From the NCBI GenBank assembly GCA_000388065.2, contig KB932207.1: DNA of 64,000 bases; one strand, written 5' to 3'. The position numbers and the translations under genes were made by a program. Shown piece after piece: positions 33,466 to 42,882 of the stretch; the stretch's first letter is position 1; each line of letters opens with the position of its first letter. This stretch comes from Fonticula alba ATCC 38817. Its lineage: Eukaryota > Protista > Nucleariida. The notes under the pieces were generated by a model, which was not told the DNA's origin, searched no databases, and saw only the letters and a list, made by a program, of their open reading frames with translations.

Positions 33466-36400
33466 CATGGATGTGCGTGGATGTGCGTGTTCGTGCATGG
33501 ATGTGCATGTGCATGTGCATGTGCATGTGCATGTGCATGTGCATGTGCATGTGCATGTGCGTGGTGGGTTGGGCCGGGCGGGGTGAGCAGGGGGGCGGGG
33601 GTTGGCAGGCGCGCCAAGCGGACAAGGCGGACAACGCACCAGATGATGGAAAGCTCGTTGCGGAACATGATCTCGGCATGCTCAGCCGGCAGGGCGCCCG
33701 GCGTGCCGGCGGCTAGGAGCCCGGCGGTCGGCGGGTCAGTGACGGCAGGGCAGGTCAGGAGGGGGCCCGGGAGCGGATCCGGCCAGTGTCGAGTCGCGTA
33801 CGGTGGAGCATCTTCAAGACAAGGGGCGCGCCCCGAGCCCTGTCCGCGAGGGCCGGCGTGACGGCCGTGGCGTCGAGGATGCGCGCCTGTGCCCCGGCTC
33901 CGACCTGCTGGTCGTCAGCCAGGCGGACGTCCTCATTGAGGGAAAAGAGCAAGAACCCCGGCACCGCGAGGTCTGCCAGGGCGCATGCGCCGCACAAAGC
34001 AAAGACGTTAGTGACCGGCCACCGCAGGGAGGGCCCCATGGGGCGTGGGCCATGCTGGGTGGCTGTTTCTGGGCGTCGGCACGCACCGACTAGGGTGTTC
34101 ATGACGGTCCGGTCGTCATCCTGGGCCGGTTGGGAGGTTAGCCGGGCGGAAGGGTCAGTTAGGGCCACGGGTGGTGCTTTGGGCATGTTCGTCTCTCTCT
34201 CTCTCCCCCCCCAACCGGGAAAGCGACGCACATCATTGATGTCGGTCTTGGCGAGGCCGGCAGCTTGGCGCTGGCGCCACATGCTGAAGAGCACCAGCGC
34301 GGCGGCCAGCAGCAGCAGCAGCAGCACCGTCACGCCGACGCCGACGCCGATGGCCACGGACCGGGCTGTCGGGGCATCGTGTCCCGGAGCGAGAGCCGAC
34401 GGGGGGGCGAGAGCGGGGGGGGGGGCGGATGGTGGAGGTGAGTAACTACGAGGGCCGGGGGCGCCCCGGGGCCGAAGGCCAGGGCGCACGAAGGCTGCCC
34501 GCGTGTCAGGAGGGGCGCGAGCGGGGGAGGCACGTACCCGAACGCGAGCATGTCCCCTCGAACTGGCACCAGGTGGCCTGGCAGTGGCTGCCGGCCGGGC
34601 CGGTGCATGTGTGGCAGCCCTCGGCACAGGGGAGACAGACCCGGGCGTCGGGCGCCGGAGAGGTGACATCTTCGAAGAAGCCGCCCGGACAGACGGCCAC
34701 GCAGGCCGGCTGCGGGCCGGTGACCAGGGCCAGGCCGGCCTGGCAGACGGTGCAGGCGGCCCGGTTGCAGGTCATGCAGCCGCTGACGCAGGGTCGGCAC
34801 TTGGCCTGGGCCGTGTCCAGCCAGTAGCCGGCATCCGGGCACCGGGCCACACAGCGCCCGGTCAGCAGGACCCGGTCGGGGAGCCTGCAGGCCAGGCAGC
34901 TGCCGGGCCCGGGGCCGGAGCAGCGAGCGCAGCTCGAGTCGCAGGCCAGGCAAAGGCCCTCCTCGGGGTAGGTCCCATCGGGGCAGGCTTCCAGGCAGGC
35001 GCCCTGGGCAAGGTACCGGCCGGGGGGGCATGCGTCGCAGGCGTGCGCATCGTCGGCGGTCAGGCAGCCGGCGCAGTGGGCATGGCAGGCCCGGCAGAGG
35101 GTGGCGTCATTGGCCGGGGGCGCCTCGCCCGGGGGGCAGGTGTCGACGCACTGGCCGGCATCCGGGCGAAGCCGGGCCCCGGGGGCCGAGCAGGCGGTGC
35201 AATGGCCGGCGGCATGGCGGCAGCCGGCACACTCCGGCTGGCAGGGGGCGCAGGCGCCGGCGTCGTCGAACTGCCGGGCCGGGCAGGTCCCGGCACAGAC
35301 GCCGGTCTGGAGGAGCACCAGCCCCGGGTCGCAGCGCAGGCACCGGGGCCCGGGCTGGCCGGGGGCGGCCTCGCACTCGGCGCAGCCGGCCTCGCAGGCG
35401 ACACACGCCGGCGGCTCGTCACTGGTGGGGGCCATGCCGGCCGGGCAGGCGGCCGCGCAGCCGCCCTGCGGCAGGAGCAGCCACTCGGGCGTCCGGCAGG
35501 TGAGACACACGTGCGGGTGGTCGCATGTGGCGCAATCGGCGGCACACGGCCGGCAGGCGGCCTGGGGGATGTCGGCAAAGTGCCCGGCCGGGCAGGTGGC
35601 CATGCAGGCGAAGCCCCCCTCCGGGGCCGGGAGCCGGTAGCTGCCGCGCGGGCAGGACACGCACTGGTCCGGGCCCGGCCCGGTGCATTGGGAGCAGCTG
35701 GCATGGCACCGGCTGCAGCCGGTGCTCGAGGACTGGAACCACCCGACGGCGGAGCAGGCATCGCGGCACTCGCCGGCCTGGAGGAACCGGCCCGGCGGGC
35801 AGGACTGGCATTGGTTGCTGGCCGGGCCGAAGCAGGAATCCCCACAGGAGCTGGAGCACCGGGTGCAATAGCCGGACCCGGGGGGCAGGCCGTGGCCCGG
35901 CGGGCAGGCCGCCACACAGCGGCCATCCAGCGACACCAGCGGGTCGCGGCATTCCAGGCAGAAGCTGCCCTCCTCGTCGGGGACCTTGCGACAGAGGACA
36001 CAGTCATCCTCGCATTCGGCGCACTGGGACGGGTCATTGAGGCAGTCCGGCACGCATTGGCCCACGGCCAGGGGCGGCTCCACCGGGGGGATGGGCTGGC
36101 GAATGACCAGCGGCGGGTCGCACGCGGTGCAGTCACTGGAGCCGGGCCCGGCGCACTCCTGGCAAAGGGGATGGCAGGCGAGGCACTGGGCCGGGGCGGT
36201 GTCGGCATCGAAGGTGCCACTTGGGCACTGGTCCACGCAGGCCCCATCGAGGAGGTGGTGCCCGGTCGAGCAGGCGGTGCAATTGGCCACCGACGTGCAG
36301 GTGGTGCAGTTGGCCGAGCAGGGGGAGCAGGCGCCGCCGGCGTCGTGGAAGTTCGGCGGGCAGCTGGACAGGCAGCCGCCTTCATGGAGCAGGTGGCCGG

Positions 36401-37411
36401 CGGTGCAGGCGGAGCAATTGGTGGAGGAGGTGCAGGAGGTGCAATTGGCCGAGCAGTTGGAGCNNNNNNNNNNAGGTGGCCGGCGGTGCAGGCGGAGCAA
36501 TTGGCGGAGGAGGTGCAGGAGGTGCAATTGGCCGAGCAGTTGGAGCAGGTGCCATTGGAGGGAAAGGTCCCGCCGGGGCAGGGGGCGACGCAGGCCCCGG
36601 CGTGGAGGAAGTGCCCGGCGGTGCAGGCCGTGCAGAGGGTGGCCGAGGTGCAGGAGGCGCAGTTGGCCGAGCACGCGAGGCAGGAGCCGCCGACGGCGAC
36701 GAAGCCGGCCGGGCAGGCGGACAGACACTGGCCGCTGTGATGGAAATGGCCCTGGGAGCAGCTGCTACAGAGGGAGGGGGAGCTGCAGTGGGTGCACTCC
36801 TCTGGGCACGAGTAGCAGGCGTTGTAATCCAGGTAGAAGCCCTCCTCGCAGGAGGAGCAGCCGGATTGGGTGCACATTTGGCAGTTGATCGGGCAGAAGG
36901 CCTCGCAACTGCGATCGACCATCAGCGAGTAGGGCTGGAGGCATTCAAGGCAATCCCGCCGGCTGGGGTCGTATATCTGGCAGCCGGGGGCACAGAGGAT
37001 GTCCGCTTGGTGGCTGGCATCCGGAAGGGCCTGGGCGATGGGGCAGAGCTTCCGGGCGGCGGTGCAGAAGACCCGGTCGCCGAAGGCAAAGGCCGCGCCC
37101 TCCGGGCAGGCCAGGCAGCCATACTCGTCGCAGGGGCCGAGGCAGGATTCCGGGCAGGCCGGCGACTGGGTGTGGGCCTGGGCCTGGGCATCCCACCGGA
37201 AGGGCAGGCCGTAGCGCAGGGCGGCGACCATGCGCTGGTCGCCGCCGGCGGCCTCGAGTGCCGCCGCCGCCGCCGAGTCGAGCACGGGCAGCGCCTGGCG
37301 GCGGGTCGGCAGCGAGTGGACCACTCGCAGCAGCAACGCGAGGCTGAGCAGGCCGGCGAGCAGCACTCCGGCGGGCCGGAGCGGCAGTGGCAGCCGGGCC
37401 GTGCGTGTCAT
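32409..37411 (-). CDS. Receptor-like TKL Ser/Thr kinase 2 (>=~1,360 aa): signal peptide, furin-like Cys-rich ectodomain, one TM, RD kinase domain
   Basis: Exons 37411-34538 (frame offset across the N gap at 36464-36473), 34494-34232, 34120-34087, 33972-33802, 33712-33640, 33420-33263, 33111-32906, 32831-32711, 32608-32409. Signal-like VLLAGLLSLALLLRVVHS; TM VAIGVGVGVTVLLLLLLAAALVLFSMW. Kinase motifs GAGAQARI, LVLK, FRNELSIIW, HRDIKSQN, DFG, FAAPE, ADVYSLA. Confidence 0.88.
33462..33562. repeat. (GTGCAT)n hexamer satellite plus (GT)n in a kinase 2 intron
   Basis: About nine tandem GCATGT units after a GT run (33427-33461), inside intron 33639-33421. Confidence 0.88.
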
Positions 37412-38532
37412 CGCGGGCACGAGGAGGGGGGGGGAGTGGAATGTGCAAGGGCGGAGAGTGAGGGGAGGCGGGGGGGAGGGGAGGAAGGGTGCTGGTGTGC
37501 CGGCAGTCGGGGGTAGGGGACTGTTTCCGTGGGTCGGTCTTATGCCGGTGTCTGTCCGGGGGGAGGGCGGGTCCAGAGGGCACGGCGGCAATCTACAATG
37601 CCCGCGCCCGCGGCCCAGGTGGGGGCGTGGGGCGGGCGAGATCGGGTTGGGGGGCGGGCGCTTGTCGACGGCGGGTCACACGGGCGAGCACGACTGGCGT
37701 TTGGTCGACAAGAGGGGGGGGCATCGGGCCGGCCAGTCGGGGTGCGCCGGGTGGCCCGGGTGTGTTGGCTGAATGGCTTGGGCACCGCCAGTTCCGGGAG
37801 GCAGGGCGGTCGGACGGGTTGGACGGACCATCGCGCACCCTGTCGTCGGGCGGTTGGGGGGGGGAAAGCAGGGCGAAAACACACGCACGCACGCACGCGC
37901 GCGCGCCCGGCACCCGGGACAAAGGCCAGCCTGGTTTCGGCCTATCGGCAGGCATGTGGGCGGCCCGGGCGTGGGCCCTGCATGTTGGCTGGCGTCGGGG
38001 GAGGCCCGGCCCGCTATGATGCTGGGTGTGCCCGACCGCGCCCGGGGGGCGGGGGGCGGGGGCGAGGGGGGATATCACATAATAAACAAAAACACCTGGG
38101 GAATGTGAGGGGGCGGGAACAGGCGCCGGCAACGGGAACGCGGCATGTAGCAGGTCGGGCCCCCTTTTCCATGCCGGAGAGGCCCCCTTCTGCGGAGGCC
38201 ACCGGCCGAGGGCCGGGTCACGCGCACCTACGTGATCAGGGATCCAGCGCGGACCTGCCATCGCCCGGGATGGCCTCGCACACCTCGGGAGGCATCCCAC
38301 CGCTCCGGGGGCGAGGGGCCGCATCGAGGCCGGTCGGCTGGCATGCGGCGTCCGGCCCGGGGCCCGCCTCGCCCTGGTGGATGGCCCCCCCGACGCGCGT
38401 GGCCCGGCCAGTCGGGGGGGGGGGGGGGGGGGCGGACCTCCTTGCGGGTCTGCCGGCGGCGCGTTGCCGGCGGAGGCTGCGAGCTTTTTTCCACCGATAA
38501 ATTCCGCATCTTGGGGGGCGTCCCCTACCGGT

Positions 38533-38606
38533 GGCCCCATAGCTCAGTTGGTTAGAGCGTCGTGCTAATAACGCGAAGGTCGTCAGTTCGATCCTGGCTG
38601 GGGCCA
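38533..38606 (+). tRNA. tRNA-Ile (AAT), copy 3
   Basis: Identical to copies 1 and 2; TTTTT downstream. Confidence 0.96.
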
Positions 38607-39322
38607 GATTCTTTTTGGGCCGGCGCGCGTTGGTCGCGCACTTGCCGACGGATCAGTGGCTCTTTGGAATGTCGGGGACGGTGGCATCCGGTGGCACGTG
38701 CGCACATCGGCCCCAGTTGCCAGGCGTGTGCGAGTCATCCTCGGGCCGGGGGGGGGGGGGGGGGGGGGAGAGCGCGAGCGCGCGCCGCCCTGACACCAGC
38801 CGCAATCCCCGGCAGCGGGCCCGGTCCTTGATCCCTCTCGCGGGCCCTGTGTGCGACGTGGTGGGAACGCGGGGCCCGCCAACTCCGGGGCCAGGCGCCG
38901 GGGCAAGGCCGGCGGTGCGAAAGCACGCCGGGCCTAGGCCGCGCATGGGACTTGCCCCTTTGGATGGGAGCCGGCCCGGACACATGCGCCGGGGCGGGGG
39001 GCCGGCCGGCGGCCGGCGCCTTTCCCTCGGCAATTTCGCTCCCCGGCCTTCCGGCCCCCGGAGGCGCTCCACAGGAGCCGATTCGCGTGGCGCGATCGCC
39101 GGCGGAACAAAAGGCACCAGGCCGGGGCGCGGTTTGGCCGTGGTCGCCCGAGCAAAAAGGCTCCACGATCACTGCCGTTTGTTTTTTTTTTTGCGTTTCG
39201 GATCCGTCCTTTCCCTCCGCCGCTCCCCCTGCCTTCGTCCCCTCCGCCTGTCGTCTTTGGCTGTCGCCCCCTCCCCCACACGCACACCTACTCCCCCCCC
39301 TCCCCAGCCTACCCTTTGAACC

Positions 39323-41090
39323 ATGCGGGGTGGACGCCGCTCCGGTGGCGGCGGCATGAGAAGCAGCTCGCGCTCTCGAAGCCGATCATACTCCCGGTCC
39401 TCCTCGCGACGGCGCTATCGGTCGAGCAGCAGCACCTACTACTCGTCCGGATCCAGCGCCGACTGCGATTGCAGCTGCTGCGGCGGGCTTTTCTGCCGGG
39501 CCATCTACTGTTGCGGGCCCCCGAAGAATTCGTGCGCGGCCGTCGGGCAGCCATCTGCCTCCTGCTTCTTTGACTGCCTTCCCCAGGTCCCGCCCCCCCT
39601 CCCCGCCGGTGTGTCTGCATTGCCGACTGACCATGGCCATTCCCCCCCCCCCCCCCGCCCCGCGCCTGCCCATGCCGCGCCGCGTGCGGATGCCCCTTTG
39701 GCGCAGGCCGCTGCCGCGGATTGTCGTCGCCCATCGGATGATCTGCTCGTGGTTTTGCTGGTGGGGCTTCATCCTGTCCTTCGTGGCCATGCTGGCCTGC
39801 GTGTCCTTCGTGCCGCTGTACACATCGCGCTCGTGGTCCCTCCCGCCGGCCGGGACCTTCACCATCAAGGTGAATCCCCACTTCTTCGACGGGGTGACCC
39901 CCCTGTCGGGGTCGGCGGTGCAGGCGTACTTCCTGCCGGCGGCGGATGGCCCGCCGGAGCGGGTCAGCCAGCTGACCGGCGACATGGTCACCGAGGTGGA
40001 ACCCCCCGGCGGGGGGTTCTATCGAGCGATGGAGGTCTACCTGCCGGCCGGGGCGCGGGTGACTTCGATCCTGGCCGGGCAGGTGTCCTGCCCGTTGGAT
40101 TATCTCATCATCCGGGGGAGCACCAACTTCGACGATTGGGCCTATGGCGATTGGGTGCCACTGGAGTGGGAGGGCAAGCTGTGGCCCGGGCAGGAGCCCT
40201 TGACCGAGTGGCTGCCGGTCAGCCGGTCGGACCACTACTTCTTCGTGGTGTACAACTCGCTGTCCGGGCCCTGCGGCGCGGGGCCGCTTCACTTGCAGCT
40301 GTCGACGGAGGCCCCGGCGCACCGGCTGCCTCCCGCTCGGCGGGTGGCCCTGGGCCAGAGGGCGGCCGTGTCGAATGCCGACCCGGGCATGGGGACGATC
40401 ATCTTCCACACCTCCAGCTCGCTGGAGTACCATGACGCGCGGGTGAGCTACTCCCGGCGGCCGGGGGCCCTGGACCTGGTGCTGGGGCTGAGCATCGGCC
40501 TGCCGTATGGGCTGGCGGTGGTGGTGGCCCTGGTCAGCTGGCTGGTGATGCGCGTGAGCATCGCCCGGGATCCGGACCTGCTGAAGAGCACGAACCGGCG
40601 GCTGCCGGTGTTCGACGAGATCCGGGAGATCAGCGGCCCGATGCGGCCGAGCAACAGCGCGGCCGAGGAGCTGCCCACGTCGGAGGAGCTGTTTGCCATG
40701 TCCGCCGACTTGGAGTCCCAGGCTCGGGGCGCCGCCTCGAAGCCGGTGGCCGGCTCGAGGCCCGCCAGGGCGGTGCGCTTCGCCGACGAGGACCCCGGGC
40801 CGTATGCCTCGAAGGAGATGTCCCTCATCTCACCGGGTGCTTCGTCGGTGAGCTTCCAGGCCGGCGACGATGGCGCGGACGATGGGGAGGGCGGCATCAT
40901 GCTCGTGCCTCTGACCGAGAGCCTGCCCCCCGGTCTGCCGTCTTCCGGTGGGCCGGGCGGCGGGGGGCCGGCCGGGGCCGAAGTGTCCCCGGACCGGTCG
41001 GTGCCCGACATGCCGATGTCGTCGCCGCCGCCGCCGTACTCGGCCGAGTCGTCGCCCTCCTCGGCGGATGACGGCTGGTCCAAGTACTAA
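39323..41090 (+). CDS. APD1-4-like two-TM protein, paralog 3 (~530 aa), RING-less, RS-rich N-terminus, C-terminal PPPPY...WSKY
   Basis: Exon 1 39323-39531 (MRGGRRSGGGGMRSSSRSRSRS...CDCSCC...YCC), phase-2 intron at the homologous position (GTGCGC...GCAG), exon 2 39707-41090. Motifs CWWGFILSFVAMLACVSFVPLYTSRSWSLPPAGTFTIKVNPHF, YLIIRG, HYFFVVYN, YSRRPG; tail SPPPPYSAE...GWSKY*. An alternative in-frame acceptor at ~39586 is possible. Confidence 0.85.
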
Positions 41091-41128
41091 ACGCCGTGTG
41101 TTTTTGCGATTGGGAATAGACTTTCCTC

Positions 41129-41192
<64 letters not shown>

Positions 41193-41315
41193 CGGTTGTT
41201 TGGGGGCATCGGCGGTGGTGGTGGGCGACTGCCGAGCTCCTGCGCGCCTGAAACACTCCGGTTCTGGTGTGCGATTCTGGGGGACCGGTGAGGGCCTTCC
41301 CTGAACCACCCAGAG

Positions 41316-41630
41316 TGTTCCGTCCCGAGAGGGTCACCACTCGGACGTGGACACAACAACAAAAGAAAGGAAAGCTGGTGATCTGCGTCTTTATAGAGAG
41401 TACATCAGGGACTGAGTCACACCGCTCCAGGGGAGCGACGTACAGAGGCAGGGAAACGGGTAGTCACGGCCTCCGCAAAGAGAATGACTATCCTTCAAGG
41501 TGCTGAGCCCTTGGAGGGGAGGCGCGAAAAGGGGGCCCTTATATAGGGGTGCCCGGAAAAGAGGAAATACATGGGAAAGAAGGGGAAAACGAGAGGGAAT
41601 GGGTTGCATCGTTGACGGGCGATGCTAACA
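41316..41630 (-). mobile_element. Possible solo LTR (315 bp)
   Basis: On the minus strand it starts TGTTAG and ends GGAACA (TGTT...AACA termini). It contains CCCTATATAAG (TATA-like), then CTATAAAG (polyA-like) followed by a TTGTTGTTGTG tract, and is visibly less GC-rich than its flanks. No target-site duplication or internal coding sequence was found. Confidence 0.4.
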
Positions 41631-41852
41631 CCCACCTACGGGGAAAGGGGGAAAGAAAAATGGATCTCCGGCCATTTGATCACGTGGAGGGCGTGACCAG
41701 ATTTTGGCGGGGAGGCGACAGCAGGGGAAAACAAAGCAGGGCGAGGTGAGGCAGGTGCGGAGGAGGTGAGCGGAGCGAAGTTCCGACGCGGCGTCGGAGG
41801 TGACATTATGGTTACAGCGCCATTTGAGTGCAGGCGGTGGGGAGGAAAGAAT

Positions 41853-41926
41853 GGCCGCGTAGCTCAATTGGATAGAGCACCTGACTACGGATCAGGAGGT
41901 TGTGTGTTCGAGCCGCATCGTGGTCA
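41853..41926 (+). tRNA. tRNA-Arg (ACG)
   Basis: GGCCGCG/CGTGGTC acceptor, CCTGA-CTACGGA-TCAGG anticodon arm, GTGTG-TTCGAGC-CGCAT T arm; TTTTTT downstream. Confidence 0.96.
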
Positions 41927-42558
41927 CTCTTCTTTTTTCTTGCACCCCGCTGGACGGCCTGTTTCCATGTGAGTGCACAGGGGCCCGGGCGTCGACGCGC
42001 AGGATGCGAGGCGTGCTTGTGAGAGGTGGCGCGCTCCGCCGGGGCCCTTGCTGGCAGGCTGGCGTTCGCTGGAGGGAGGGAGGGCAGGGACCGGGCAGGG
42101 GGCGGGGCCAGACAAAAACCATTATTGTTGTTTTTTTTTTCCATTTTCAAGTGGTGTTGTCATTATCGCCCAGCCGCTTGGGGCCGAAAGGGGGGGCGGG
42201 ATGACGGCGGGTTTCAGCACGGCGAGCGTGCCAAGTCTTAACTGAGTGGAGCATGTCCGTCAGAATGCGGGCTATTGTGTTGGTCACTCCGGGGGCTAAC
42301 CCGAAGGGAGCCCCGGGCGGCATTGGCGCGCATCCGGGTGCAGAGGAGCCCCCCGGCGGCGCCGGGGATTCGGCGCCTGCGGCCGGGTTGGCGTGGAGCT
42401 CCCCTGTCGGAGGAGGGGGGGAGTGGCGCCCTGTGCGCGGCCCCCGGCTGGTGGTGGCCGAAGGGCCGGGCCCAGGCGCGTCCACCCCGGGGGAGCTGCC
42501 CTTGTCCAATGTGCTGGGCGGCGCGGTGGCTTTCCGTCGGCCGCGTGCGTGTGGTTTG

Positions 42559-42635
<77 letters not shown>

Positions 42636-42882
42636 GTCGTCCGTGCCCCCAATGTCACCGAGAGCCGCGGGCAGGGCAGATCCCCCCCGAGGCAAAATGT
42701 GCGTTTGTGTGTTTGCGTGAGGGGCGCCTCGGAGCGGGGGGGGGGGGAGGAGGAACTGGACAGGCAAGGTGCCGGCGAAGTGTGGGATGTCGCTGTATTT
42801 CGGGTGTCGGTGCACCTCGGCGCCGGCGCGCGGGCGGCGAAGGCGCGGTACAGGAAGGATGCCAGCTAGCGGAGCCGCTCTG

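Noticed and set aside
28478-38831. Recurring ORFs starting MLITRRSSVRSWLG (28478, 32173, 38562) and minus-strand ORFs ending WPQPGSN
   Set aside because: They are translations of the three identical tRNA-Ile genes, not a protein family.
41950-42882. Hidden kinase exons downstream of the 42883-50616 receptor
   Set aside because: No GxGxxG, VAxK, HxD or DFG motifs appear in any minus-strand frame, and the space is too short for the ~1.5-2 kb intron-rich kinase cassette seen in the paralogs.
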